Position numbers and translations under genes: made by a program
In this document: positions 1-12,825 of the stretch, piece by piece
Layout of the letters: each line of letters starts with the position of its first letter
Numbering within the stretch: position 1 is the first letter of the stretch
Notes under the pieces: generated by a model
Seen by the model: the letters and a program-made list of their open reading frames with translations, nothing else
The model's database searches: none
Told to the model about the DNA's origin: nothing
From: Heterodontus francisci
Taxonomy: Eukaryota
Assembly: GCF_036365525.1 (NCBI RefSeq)
Contig: NC_090418.1
Coordinates: 10,850,856 to 10,914,855, forward strand
DNA: 64,000 nucleotides
Reading direction: 5' to 3'

Positions 1-126
1 AGCACCTACCGTGTATGTCCTGCCCGACACGACCCAACCCGGACTTCACTTGAAGATGGATCCGGACCAGAATCCGACACGTGTCGCCGGATCCCGTCGG
101 TTTCGGGTCGGGTAGCAGGCCTCGAG
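1..126 (-). mobile_element. hAT-type MITE end, cut by window edge (inverted copy of 22275-22399)
   Basis: Reverse complement of the left end of the MITE at 22275-22705; ends in TIR agcaggcctcga followed by gggggcat (TSD copy). Confidence 0.7.
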
Positions 127-526
127 GGGGCATGATGAAGAAGTTTGCAGATGACACAAAGATTGGCCATGTGTTAGATAGCGAGGAGGATAGCTTAGGC
201 TGCAGGAAGATATTGATGGTCTGGTCAGATGGGCAGAAAAGCGGCAAATGGAATTCAACTTGGAGAAGTGTGAGGTGATGCATTTGAGGAGGTCAAACAA
301 GTCAAAGGAACACACGAATAGTGGGAAAATACTGAGGAGTGTAGAGGAAATGTGGGACCTTTGAGTGAATGTCCACAGATCCCTGAATGTAGCAGGACAG
401 GTCGATAAGGTGATGAAAAAGGCATATGGAATCCTTTCCTTTATTCGCCGAAGTATAGAATATAAGAGCAGGGAGGTTATGCTGGAACTGTATAACTCAT
501 TGGTTAGGCCACAACATGAGTACTGT
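127..526 (+). mobile_element. CR1 LINE RT fragment
   Basis: KFADDTKIG, KWNST and KKAYGILSFI..IEYKSREVMLELYNSLVRP motifs; inverted copy of ~21875-22274. Confidence 0.85.
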
Positions 527-1950
527 GATGGTATATCAGTATTACTAGTGTCAGTGAGACTCTCCATTCCCTGAGGAGTTCACTGGTGGCAGGAGGCCTC
601 GAGTGTATGAGTGGGCACCGCAATGCCCCTCTCTATGGGACACCAAAGCACAGCCAGGACAGCAAAGGAGAGGCAACGTGCTCGAGCGACACCAACCCCT
701 TCCCAACCCCAGCTGTCCCTGAGAATGTGGATCGCTGCTTCTGCACGGCCCAGAGCAGAGTCACGAGACCTTCTGCCGGTTTGTCTAACCCTAAGGTACC
801 GAAAGGCCGAAAATCAGGAGCCTGGGCCTGGAGCTGAGCCAAAGTTGAGGAACAGTTCCCTTAAAGAGTAATATACGGGATGCAACTTGATCATTCCAAT
901 TGGATATGCCCCAGATTTCCCACAGATCACCGAAGCTTCACACAATGTAGCATTTACAGTCGATATCTAACTAGTATTTTTCTTTGCTTTTGAGGGAGCT
1001 TTACTCTGTATCTAACCCCGTGCTGTACCTGCCCTGGGAGTGTTTGATGTGGACAGTGTAGAGGGAGCTTTACTCTGTATCTAACCCCGTTTTTTTTTTG
1101 TTTTTTTTCTTTTTTATCTAACCCCGTGCTGTACCTGTCCTGGGAGTGATTGATGGGGACAGTGTAGAGGGAGCTTTACTCTGCATCTAACCCCGTTTTT
1201 TTTGTTTTTTTTTTGGGAGCTTCACTCTGTATCTAACCCCGTTTTTTTTTTTCTTTTTTATCTAACCCCGTGCTGTACCTGCCCTGGGAGTGTTTGATGT
1301 GGACAGTGTAGAGGAAGCTTTACTCTGTATCTAACCCCGTGCTGTACCTGTCCTGGGAGTGGTTCATTCTGACACTCCAGTTTCAAGAAACATATCCCAT
1401 TCTCCAGCACTGTGGTCCTTCACCTCAATGTGAATAAAATTTATACTAATAAGCATAAGTAAACTCTCACTCTGAGTGGACTTGTTTTAATGACTCTTCC
1501 AACATATTTATCACTAATATGTATTTGCTCTTTGTTTCCCAGGACAGAATCAAACATCTCCAAGCGAGGTCCAGCACAGCTTGAGTGGAATCGGAGAGCT
1601 CCTTTTTGGGTCCATTTCCCTATTCTCTGCTGACACTGTTACACCAGTTCAGCCCTGCCACCCTGGAAAACCATTACACAGAACAGCAACGGTTTATTCA
1701 TCAATGCACCTGCACTCACATCAAGTCGGAAACTTTTATATCCCCCCCCCTCCCCCCAGGATATACTTTGAAGAAACATTCTGGGTTGTGCCCAACACTT
1801 GTCTTGTGAAGGTTTATGTTCTTCAGATCTGAATAGAGTCAATTTGTGATGATGATCTTCAGTGTGAATACAATTAATTGGTTTTGTCTGACCATCTCTA
1901 TCACTCTTTTGGTTACAGAGGCTTTGCCAATAATATCAGGAGTGAGATTA
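527..1950 (-). mobile_element. Ancient degenerate Tx1/L1-clade LINE ORF2 relic, interrupted by minisatellite
   Basis: Paralogous to 19378-21060, 29776-32478 and 48207-52560; broken translations resemble the Tx1 ORF2 C-terminal half (NQLI, LLIFGL, LVTLL..AKAAIH). Confidence 0.5.
990..1362. repeat. ~68-bp minisatellite array with poly-T interruptions
   Basis: Tandem unit gggagtgtttgatggggacagtgtagagggagctttactctgtatctaaccccgtgctgtacctgtcct. Confidence 0.9.
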
Positions 1951-4900
1951 TCAAATAGCATCATGTACTGGGAGCAGAGTTCCCAATGGTGGGAGCCGAT
2001 GAAATGTTTTATTACCTGCACCCCCTTTCCCCACCCCCTGCTTCCACCCCCCCCAGCTCACCCCCTTCCCCCCACCCCTTGCACCCCCTTCTCAGCTCCC
2101 CCCTCGCACCATCTTCCACTCGCACCCTGTTCCTCTGCACCCCCTCACCTACCCCCCTGAAGCCGCCTTCCCAGCTCCTCCTCACACCCCCTTCCCTCCA
2201 CCCCTCCCACTCCCTTTCCCCCCACCTCCTCCCACCGGCATCCAACTACCCCTGAGCAAGGACCCTAAAAACCCCACTGCCTTGTGAGCATCTCGGGAGA
2301 GACCAAGGTTAAGGGAGTAAACCCTAACAGAAAATCCGGAGCAGAATCCTGAAGGCGGTCATATGTCACCTTTGGCATGTTTCGGTGGTTCCTGCAGCCA
2401 TACCGGTGCCAAACGTCGTGCTCTGCCCTCCTTTGGACCCCACGAGGAAGGCCGAGTAGGGGGTTTGACGCTTGGGCAACTCACAAACCCCATACATCCA
2501 CCCAGGCATGCACCATGGAGCGGTCACTCCATAGTCACCTCACAGCGACCAAAACAACACGGAAGGCAGCAGTTACGGGTTATAATTCCAGCTCAATTAG
2601 AGTAGAGATTGGGAGCCATGGGTTTCCTTTGTTGGTGGGAGAGGTCATCGCATCTCACTGGACAGCTACCACCCGCCTCAAACCGGGCAGCCCCCGGTCA
2701 GTAAAGTTCTGTCCCGCCACAGTCCACCTGCTTCAATGGGTGCTTGGAGCTCAGGGTCTAAGCCTGACGAGTGGACTGTAACACCGCGCCAAACAGCACG
2801 GCAAAAAAAGGAAAGAAGGTACCAGCCCTTTGTTTTGCAAGATGGAACGTCAGAACTATGTGTCCTGGCCTGTCGGAAGACCTTGCACAAATCAACAATT
2901 CTCGGAAGACTGCCATCATTAACAACGAGCTCAGTAGACTCAATGTGGACATTGCAGCACTTCAGGAGACACGCCTCCCTGCGAGCGGATTTCTAAGAGA
3001 GCAAGACTACACCTTCTACTGGGAGGGTAGGGATCCTGAAGAACCAAGACTGCATGGAGAGGGCTTCGCCATCAGAAACTCTTTGCTCAGCATGATAGAG
3101 CCACCTTCAAATGGCTCGGAACGCATACTGTCCATCCGACTGCTCACCGCCTCTGGTCCAGTGCACCTACTCAGCATCTCTGCTCCCCACCTGAAGCTAA
3201 AGACCAGTTCAACGAGGAACTCCATAATATCATTAGTAGCAACCCCAACACCGAACATCTGTTCCTGCTGGGGGACTTTAATGCCAGGGTTGGGGCCGAC
3301 CATGACTCATGGCCCTCCTGCCTTGGGCGCTATTGGAAGGATGAATGAGAATGAACAGAGACTGCTTGAGTTGTGTACCTATCACGAACTCTGCATCACC
3401 AACTTGTTCTTTCACACTAAACCCTGTCACCAGGTTTCTTGGACGCACCCAAGATCACATCGTTGGCACCAGCTGGACCTCATCGTCACAAGGCAAGCCT
3501 CCTTAAACAGCGTTCAAATCACACGCAGCTTCCACAGTGCGGACTGCGACACCGACCACTACCTGGTGTGCAGCAAGATTAGCCTCAAACCAAAGAAGCT
3601 GCATCACTCCAAGCAGAAGGGCCGCCCGCACATCAACACGAGCAGAATTTCTTATCCACAGCTGTTACATAAGTTTCGAAATTCACTTGAAAAAGCCCTT
3701 CAAAACACTCCCACAGGGGTTGCAGAGACCAAGTGGGCCCACATCAGAGACGCCAACTATGACTCAGCAATGACCACCTATGGCAAACGTGTGAAGCAGA
3801 ATGCAGACTGATTTCAATCTCACTTCGAAGTGCTGGAACCTGTCATAGCCGCTAAGCGCATTGCACTGTTGAACTACAAGAAAGCCCCCAGCGAGTTAAC
3901 ATCCGCAGCACTGAAAGCAGCCAGAAGCTCTGCACAAAGAACAGCTAGGCGCTGCGCAAACGACTACTGGCATCACCAATGCAGTCATAATCAGCTGGCC
4001 TCAGACACCGGAAACATCAGAGGAATGTATGATGGCATTACGAGAGCTTTTGGGCAAACCATCAAGAAGATTGCACCCCTCAAATCTAAATCAGGGGACA
4101 TAATCACTGACCAACACAAGCAAATGGACCGCTGGGTGGAGCACTACCTAGAACTGTACTCCAGGGAGAACGTTGTCACTGAGACTGCCCTCAATGCAGC
4201 CCAGCCTCTACCAGTCATGGATGAGCTGGACGTACAGCCAACAAAATCGGAACTCAGTGATGCCATTGATTCTCTCGCCAGCGGAAAAGCCCCTGGGATG
4301 GACAGCATTACCCCTGAAATCATCAAGAGTGCCAAGCCTGCTATACTCTCAGCACTACATGAACTGCTTTGCCTGTGCTGGGACGAGGGAGCAGTACCTC
4401 AGGACATGCGCGATGCCAATATCATCTCCCTCTAGAAAAACAAGGGTGACCACGGTGACTGCAACAATTACTGTGGAATCTCCCTGCTCAGCATAGTGGG
4501 GAAAGTCTTTGCTCGAGTCGTTTTAAACAGGCTCCAGAAGTTGGCAGAGCGTGTCTACCCTGAGGCACAGTGTGACTTTCGAGCAGAGAGATCCACCATT
4601 GACATGCTGTTCTCCCTTCGTCAGCTACAGGAGAAATGCCGTGAACAACAGATGCCCCTCTACGTTGCTTTCATAGATCTCACCAAAGCCTTTGACCTCG
4701 TCAGCAGACGTGGTCTCGTCAGACTACTAGAAAAGATCGGATGTCCACCAAAGCTACTAAGTATCATCACCTCATTCCATGACAATATGAAAGGCACAAT
4801 TCAGCATAGCGGCGCCTCATCAGACCCCTTTCCTATCCTGAGTGTTGTGAAATAGGGCTGTGTTCTCGCACCTACACTGTTTGGGATCTTCTTCTCCCTG

Positions 4901-6027
4901 CTGCTCTCACATGCGTTCAAGTCTTTAGAAGAAGGAATTTTCCTCCACACAAGATCAGGTGGCAGGTTGTTCAACCTTGCCCGTCTAAAAGCGAAGACCA
5001 AAGTACGGAAAGTCCTCATCAGGGAACTCCTCTTTGCTGACGATGCTGCATTAACATCTCACACTGAAGAGTGTCTGCAGAGACTCATCGACAGGTTTGC
5101 GGCTGCCTGCAACGAATTTGGACTAACCATCAGCCTGAAGAAAACGAACATCATGGGAGAGGACGTCAGTAATGCTCCATCCATCAATATCGGCGACCAC
5201 GCTCTGGAAGTGGTTCAAGAGTTCACCTACCTCGGCTCAACTATCACCAGTAACCTGTCTCTCGATGCAGAAATCAACAAGCGCATGGGAAAGGCATCCG
5301 CTGCTATGTCCAGACTGGCCAAGAAAGTGTGGGAAAATGGCGCACTGACACGGAACACAAAAGTCCGAGTGTATCAAGCCTGTGTCCTCAGTACCTTGCT
5401 GTACGGCAGTGAGGCCTGGACAATATATGTCAGCCAAGAGCGACGTCTCAATTCATTCCATCTTCGCTGCCTCCAGAGAATCCTTGGCATCAGGTGGCAG
5501 GACTGTATCTCCAACACAGAAGTCCTCGAGGCGGCCAACATCCCCAGCTTATACACACTACTGAGTCAGCGGCGCTTGAGATGGCTTGGCCATGTGAGCC
5601 GCATGGAAGATGGCAGGATCCCCAAGGACACATTGTACAGCGAGCTCATCACTGGTATCAGACCCACCGGCCGTCCATGTCTCCGCTTTAAAGATGTCTG
5701 CAAACGCAACATGAAGTCCTGTGACATTGATCACAAGTCGTGGGAGTCAGTTGCCAGCGATCGCCAGAGCTGGCGGGCAGCCATAAAGGCGGGGCTAAAG
5801 TGTGGCGAGTCGAAGAGACTTAGCAGTTGGCAGGAAAAAAGACAGAAGCGCAAGGGAAGAGCCAACTGTGTAACAGCCCCGACAACCAATTTTATCAGCA
5901 GCACCTGTGGAAGAGCCTGTCACTCTAGTATTGGCCTTTATAGCCACTCCAGGCACTGCTCCACAAACCACTGACCACCTCCAGGCGCTTACCCATTGTC
6001 TCTCGAGATAAGGAGGCCAAAGAAGAG
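1951..6027 (+). mobile_element. Near full-length RTE-clade LINE (APE + RT, disrupted)
   Basis: ORF pieces 2771-3811 (WNVRT, DIAALQETRL endonuclease), 3830-4435, 4496-4855 (AFIDLTKAFD) and 4967-5974 (LLFADDAAL); GAA-type tail; TSD gagatta at 1944-1950 and 6028-6034; empty site at ~32472-32478. Confidence 0.92.
2018..2240. repeat. C-rich low-complexity tract (G-quadruplex-prone on minus strand)
   Basis: Many C3-C7 runs; much shorter in the inverted copy at ~19210-19310. Confidence 0.7.
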
Positions 6028-6726
6028 GAGATTAGGAGGGTGATAGATTTTATTTAATTTAAACATTTATATAGAATTTCATTCCACTGTACTATTGTTA
6101 CGTACACTAGGACCTCTCGTGAATATTGGGGCCTCGGAATTGTCTGTAACTTGGAGTTGATGACATTATAATGGGCGGTTGCTTTAGAGCAATGCAGTAA
6201 CTAGGGAGATAGCCCATAATGGAGCAATTAACACCCAGAGCAGTGGGAGAAGCAACAAGAGTCTATTAAATGACAACCCTCAGACTGGGATCACTCAGAG
6301 AAACAGTTCAAACTTACTTCAATATAGCAAATTAGCCTCGCAGCTCAGACCATCGTACAGCTGGAGTCAGGGACAGATGTGATAGGGAGAGTTTGTTCAG
6401 TGCTTGGAAAATGCTCTGTCGTCTAACATCACTGTAGGTTTTATCATGGTAACCTATACTCCAGTTACTGTGGAAGCTGGGTTTATTTTAGTGGAGCCAG
6501 AAAATGACCAGGTTTTGTTTTAGTTATATTTACATTTGACCATTTCTGGCAGTTATTGCTATAGCTTGAAAATTAGATTTCCAGATGGCAAACGGCATCT
6601 TATCAGGAGACAAAATAAACAGCATTCAGGATGGGCACAGATCGCCTGGAGGGGGTTAGGAGGAGGGGTGTGAATCAACCCACCTGCAGGACCCATATCC
6701 AGCCAGTGAGCTTCCAACATCACCCC

Positions 6727-7686
6727 TGTTCTTGAGTGATAAGTGCACTGGTGAGGGAGGAACTAAGTTTTAAACCTGGAACAGTCATTTTAACCCCTAT
6801 CTTCATACTTGGGGTCTCTAAGGGCTATTTTCAGTCAGTACAAGATTTCATTCGGAAGTAATGCTTCAGTTGTTTTTTTTGCTACTGTTATGAGAATTTT
6901 ATTCTGTATTAAAACATACAATGTTGGTACTGGACATCTGGAAATATTAAACTTTCAGGATGTTTTGAAAGAAAGTTCAACAAAAGCTGAACTTGTAAAC
7001 AAGAACTAGAATGCAGTTAGTTTTATAGGAAACCAGCAGAGGGTTTACCCTCAGCTACCCTTTGAAAAGACAGAATTTTAGACTGGGTATGTGACTTGCT
7101 TCTAGAAAGTTTTTTTTTATTAAAAAGCTAGTGGCTTTGGACAAAAGCAAGCTTTTGGAATTTAATTTATAACTTGCCTGGAGATCAGAAGACAACCCAA
7201 AAAAGTATTACCTATATAAAAAAAAAATCCTTGCTATTGTGAAAGAACAGCTTGTATTAAGTGGTACTGTTACCTCATGCATCTTTCGAAGGAACCCTAC
7301 AACCCTGTTGCTAGACCTCTATGAGGCCTTCTCCCATTGAAGACATTTGAACATCTACCAGTCAGAGACTGTTTATCAATCTCGCATGCAAAGACTTGAG
7401 TGGTATCTAACTATTTGAGTTTGGGAGTACTTACCAAACCAAAGAACCTTCTGTCCTTTGGGTGTTTGTGCATGAGGGAAATATAGAGCTTTAACATCTT
7501 GGATTTACTTGATTAGTTAAGACTTGGTTTCATAAAATGGTTATTTGTTAAAGAAACCTGGTTGGTGTACCTTACTTTGGGAACAAGGTATCTAACGGAC
7601 TTGCACTAAGTGGAAAATTTGATATGCTGTGACCTGTGGAGATGTGGGACTGGATTAACAGTCCACTCCTCCCACCTTGGTAACAT
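6727..7686 (+). mobile_element. Probable solo LTR
   Basis: ~1 kb non-coding segment with tgt...aaca termini; diverged counterpart at ~33170-34562; TSD not clear. Confidence 0.35.
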
Positions 7687-8923
7687 GACTGACGCAGATG
7701 GCATTGCCTTCCATTGAGACCTAAACTCCCACTAGTGCCTGGAGACTCCATTAAAAGGAGCTCACCATGTGAGCAGTCCAAATCCAGGCAAGAGCAGAGG
7801 ATTCAAGGAGAGAGCAGGAAATGGTATCTTCAGGGGAAGGAGAAACAAAACAAGTTACCAATTATCAGCTCCATCTCTCCAGAAGGAGAATTACAACTAG
7901 TTTGCAGTAAAGTTCAGGTCCTACTCTTCACCCAAGGGAAGATGCAGCCAAACGCTGAATTGTGATCGGGCTCTGCATAGTACCAGCTACTGCTCGTTAT
8001 CAATAACGTTGCAGGGTTAATAAGGGAATATAGAAGCTACAGCAGTATGAAAAAGCAAAGGGTCTCAGTAAGAAATGCTTCAAGTATGCTGTCTGACTCC
8101 ACACTGCCAACTGAGATACTAAACCCAATGGATCAGTTATAATCCTACTACAAGTAGTCCTGGAAGATGAACTGAAGATCACTGCCAGCTATAACTAGGG
8201 TCATTTGTGGTTCAGGTTGCTGTCAAATCCAGCCTGTAATGGGAACAGGTTTATTTCCAGACTGAGTACAGCTGTAAGCATGATTTAGACATGTCATTCC
8301 ACTAGAATGAGTTACATTTACTGCCCTATTCTCATTAGGATAGCAGCAGGGCATTTGTACACATTAGGGAAAGCAGAGTGCAGTGGATTTGCTTCCTGGT
8401 TACCACATTGCACTAAAACAACCTATTACATCAACTCCAACTAGTACAATTCCAACACCCCAATATTCATGGCAGATCCAAGTGAGAATTACTTATCTAC
8501 TCAAGGTCAGCCTCAGTCTTCAGAGATTAGACAGAGCTCCTCAAACTAGGAATCTTTCTACCCCAATTCTTCACTTTTGGTCAACTAGTCTATGGAATGT
8601 GAAAACCTGTCATCACTAGCCATATAAAGCCAATGGAATAGCTTGGAGGAATCAGTTTGCCCTAATTCAGTGAATCAGCATTCACCTAAAAAAAGGTCAG
8701 TGAATTGTACTGTGAATGTTGCACAGTTGGCATAGATACATTCATCCCAGTCCTGATGCAAGGCATTGACAGTAATTTTGATACTAGTGACTGGGATCCA
8801 TTAAACCAACAGGGAACAGAGGGGGGCTGCTGAGAGATACTTATTTAAAAACCCAGTCTGCAGCCACAAAAGATAAAGTGACAAATGAGCTCTTGCACAC
8901 AAGATACTGCTTTATTGATCATT

Positions 8924-11745
8924 TCACAATTGATTGAATGGAGTTTGCTTGTGTTTCCTGTACAGGAACAAGGCTATCAATGAAGCAGAGATCAGACAGA
9001 CAGCTGTCACAGTCAGGGCCACAATCAGGACCACCTCAGACTCCACACCTACAAAGCAATGAGAAACCAATGGTTAGTGAAGGAAACACTGAAGGGAAAA
9101 TGAAAACTAGCAGTCAGTCAACTCACCACCTGGAGACCTCTCCTGCAGCCTTCGCTCAACCTCATTCAGGGACCCAGTTGCCAGGTCAGTCACCTCAGTA
9201 TCCAGAATGACCAGGGGTCCAAGTGAGGCCTCACCCTCCCACTTCAATCCAGCTTCACTCTCTGCAATATCAAACATGCCAGTTAGAGGGGGTAAAGGGA
9301 GATCTCCCACATCTAGAGGATCAATGTCTTACCAGCTTCAGGTACAAGATCCCTCCTTCCTCTGGAAGGAAATCGGAACTCCCTTGTGGCACCACAGTTA
9401 CCCACATGGCAACAGGCACAAATGTCATTGTTGGATTCCTCCAATGGGGTCCAGCTAGACAAGAGAAACAGTTGATCAACCAGGTTGTCCATCACCTTTC
9501 ATACATGCGTGTGAAGAAAAACAAACTTACACATTCTGCATCTTTTGGAAAGTACAAGCTTTGTTCATGGAATCTCTCCGATCCACTGCAGCAACTTTTA
9601 GGTGACAGGTGATGAAAATCTGTGGGATAAATTTCAACACAAATTATTTAGTGACTCCCTCCCAACATGAAAAACCCAATGAATGAACCATATTCCTCTT
9701 ACCAAGGAACGTTCATCTCCAAAGAAGCGGAAAGCATCCAGGTCAAACCGCAGCTTGTCCAGCTCACGCTCGTCTCTTGGCAACACGAAGGTTGAGAAGG
9801 AGCCCTCAGCTTTGCTGTCCAGGAGGCAACTGGAGAAAGATTCAAAAAGGGACATGAAGTGAATAAAGTGAAGCCATTGAGATGGGAGCAGCTGGAGAAA
9901 GCAGAGAGCTCCTTACCCATTGTAGTCAATGATGCTGTATCTCGGGGTGGAATCCTTGTCTGGGCTCAATGTAGCTACACAGCGGTCAATGTAGAGCTTC
10001 AGGGGCATGTGGTTGGTCATTGAAACAGAGGCCTCAATGTGAATGAGGTCACCCAGGTAGTAGACAGTCGAGGTGCGCTCTGTAAGCCAGTCATCTGAAG
10101 TACAAGAGGACAAGGGTTGGAGACAGTGGGTACAACTCCCAGTGGGTGAGTACAGGAAATCACTTCCCATCCACCCATCACATACCATTCATTAGGCGCA
10201 GTGAGAATGACAGATGCCCTTCTCCAGACTTGGTGGAGCTGAATGGGATCCAGGTGGGCTTGATGGGGTTACTGCTCACATTGCCCTTCCTGGAAGGAGA
10301 GGAGAGATATTTTAGGACAACATGATAAAAACCAGCTCTAGATCATATCCACAGTCAAGTAAATATTCTCACCTAAAATAATGACACTCAATGGGAATGA
10401 CAGCTCCATTTGTTCTCACAATGACAGATCCATGATACTGGGGGGTGTGGTTCAGGTGGGTGGTGTAGACCAGGAAATCTCCAACCATCTGAAAGACAGA
10501 CATCAGGAAAGAAGAGAATGTTTGGCTAATGAGTTTAGAGGAATGAGGGAGGTTCTCAAACTGAGTTTGCTGGGTAAATACCAAGAGGCTATTCCTTTGA
10601 CTAGAACAAGGTCAGCTAATCATGCCATCGAATTTTTTGGACTTTCCAATCTCACTGGAAGTTGTGCTCAGTTGAGTACATTCAAAATAGAATAGTTCTT
10701 GGGCTAAAGTAAATCAAGCAACATGGGGACTGAGTGGGAAAGTGGAGTTAGTGTAGAATTTCAGCCACAATCTTATTAACTGAGGTCAGTCTCCAAGGCT
10801 CTACACACTGTGCTGTAGATTGTCCCACAGTTGGCCATTACCACCACAGATGTTAATGTGAGGAGAACAGGCAAGCATGAAGGACTGACCAAAAGCAAAG
10901 TGAATCAATGAAAGGACAGCTTCACTTAACAGCTAAAGGAAACACAAACTGGCAGTAATTTGGAAGTATTAACAGAAGGTTTGCCTTCATTTAATCCAAG
11001 CATTCTAATCACCAGGAGGCTCCCTTCAAATCATATTTAATTCTACAGTTTATTCACAAAAAGTCAGTTAGATTGAATTCAATATTCAGATTTTAACATT
11101 CATTCAATCTAAAAAAAACCCACAAGACAAAGCATACAGTAGGAAAAGCTTGGAAAAACCAAGTGAAGGATAAGACCAATGGGGTTGATAGTCAACACTG
11201 GATTAACCAGGTGACCTGATAAAACAAAGGACAATTGAATCAGGTTTAATGTTTACAAAACAAGCATCTCTTTATCAAGTATTAAAATGAAAAAAGAGGG
11301 GAACAATCTACATCAAGTTTATAACACAAGTTAAAGACATTACCTGCAATCTGCTGCCACACTCATGGAGCCCATAGTCAAAGAGGACAGTGTGGTTCTG
11401 AGAGTAGATCCTGGTCGGCCGACAACCTGCTGTCCCCAGGGTCAGGTCAGCAGCTTTAATCAGGTGCCTGGTTCCAAATAAATCCATCTGGACCCTGACC
11501 AGCAGGTTCTGCTCTCCACACTGCACCGTCACAGTCTGCAGTGGAGACACACTTCGACCCTCAGACACACGGAAATGGGAACCAAAGGGAGACCCAGTTG
11601 GAGGGACTCTCTGAGGCACAGGGGTGGCTTTTACTATTGTCCATGGAAACCTCTGGTCTCGAAACTGTTGCCAAGTATCAGAACAACAGACAACTCCAAC
11701 TAACACCAGCACTGGGAACAAACCCCTCATTACAAAATCCCCCAT
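8924..11745 (-). CDS. ZP3: Zona pellucida sperm-binding protein 3-like, copy 1 (9 exons, ~465 aa, intact)
   Basis: Exons 11745-11344, 10488-10373, 10289-10186, 10094-9917, 9829-9703, 9619-9531, 9454-9333, 9261-9127, 9048-8924; all GT-AG and in phase. Signal peptide, ZP-N Cys1-4, [15 protein letters not shown] Cys5-8, ICACC..NC subdomain, furin RGRR, EHP (ASLGPLVIL), TM helix, ending [10 protein letters not shown]. Confidence 0.93.
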
Positions 11746-11769
11746 GATACCAAACAACTCAACCATCCC

Positions 11770-11915
11770 TTCACCCACCAACCAGCTCCTTTTATACACA
11801 CAACCTGCAGTCACCTGACACCAATGATCCCAGAAGCAGCAACATTGAGCCAATTAACCAGCCCCAATCTCCACAATTTACACCCAATGACAGAACTCAT
11901 GGATTTATTGCCAGG
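11770..11915 (-). promoter_or_regulatory. ZP3 copy 1 proximal promoter (TATA, E-box, CCAAT boxes)
   Basis: TATAAAA at 11790-11796 (minus), CAGGTG just upstream, four CCAAT motifs; block conserved in all five copies. Confidence 0.7.
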
Positions 11916-11999
11916 AGACTCTTCCACACAGGGGTTTATTAAAGAATTCGCCCTGATCCAATGGGATTGTTGTTCTTGGTGATTGGCTGTCAGAAGTGC

Positions 12000-12670
12000 T
12001 TCACACTCAGAGTGTGGTTCCAAGGGACACTGCACGGATCAGGTGGAGTGGAAATGTCATCGGTCTCCATATAGTTGAAGCAAATTGATCCATCGCTGAA
12101 CTGGGAAATTTCCTTCTTTTTTCCTGCTGCACAGGACGCAGAGAGGGTTTCCTGTATAGGCCTCTTATACACACTTTCAGACTTCCTCCCCTTTGTCTCC
12201 CCTCCCAACACAATCTGCTGTTCTGTCTTGCTACCCTGCGGATACTGGTAGCTCCAGAAGAGGGCTCTTTCTGTGGGACCCGTCCCCTTGCACCATTGGG
12301 AATATGGTGTGAACATTACAGGAGTGGTTGCGTGCAACGGGCTTTCAAACATCCTCACAGACCCCCAGGCTGCCTGGGAGAAGTCTGTGGTTCGTGTTTG
12401 TTCTGAGTGTGTGAGACTTTCACTGCATTTCAGTCCCAGGTTCCTGAGCATTGGCCACCCTGTGAGGAGGAGAGAAGTGGACATGTCAGAGGATCCCCTT
12501 GTGGCGTTGCTCCTGGGCCTGGCCAAGGGGGCCATTAACAGGTCCGTCCAGCGCCCGGTCAAGTGGACCCGTCCCCCCGAGAGCTGCCCTCTTCCACGGC
12601 TACGACCATGCCCGAGTGCCCCTGGAGAGGCATGTCGGTACCCCTGAGGCTTTCCGCGACTGCTGGCACT
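12000..12670 (+). mobile_element. Tx1-clade LINE ORF2 3' fragment (zf-RVT region), degenerate
   Basis: GFLYRPLIHTF...VACN..LTDPQAA..ECVRL..LHFSPRFLSIGHPVRR..LVALLLGLAKGAINRS; copy at ~38880-39560. Confidence 0.7.
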
Positions 12671-12825
12671 TATAAGTTTCTTGGGGGAAGTGGAGACGAT
12701 GAATAATTTCAAAAGGAAATTGGGTGGGCACTTTCAGAGCTATGGGGATAGACCAAGGGAATGGGACTGACGGGGTTGCTCTTCAGAGAACAAGCATGCA
12801 CCCTATGGGCTGAATGGCCTCCTTC

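Noticed and set aside
780-795. ttgtctaaccctaa, identical to the vertebrate telomerase RNA template region
   Set aside because: Paralogous copies read ctaacccctctc (~20785) and ctgatcccgctc (~30040); no pseudoknot, CR4/5 or H/ACA context is evident; it lies in a LINE relic.
1540-1920. Recurrent short ORFs with apparent splice acceptors (MSGIGELL..., four copies) suggesting a second duplicated gene
   Set aside because: Frames are not conserved between copies, and the opposite strand fits a decayed L1/Tx1 ORF2 better.
1951-2010. Hairpin (gggagcagagttccc) at the RTE 5' end as a possible HDV-like or hammerhead ribozyme
   Set aside because: I could not trace a nested double pseudoknot or a CUGANGA/GAAA core by eye; an Infernal or RNArobo search would be needed.
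9207-9612. ORFs antisense to ZP3 exons 6-8, repeated in all copies
   Set aside because: Shadow frames; their recurrence simply reflects ZP3 duplication, and their lengths vary between copies.
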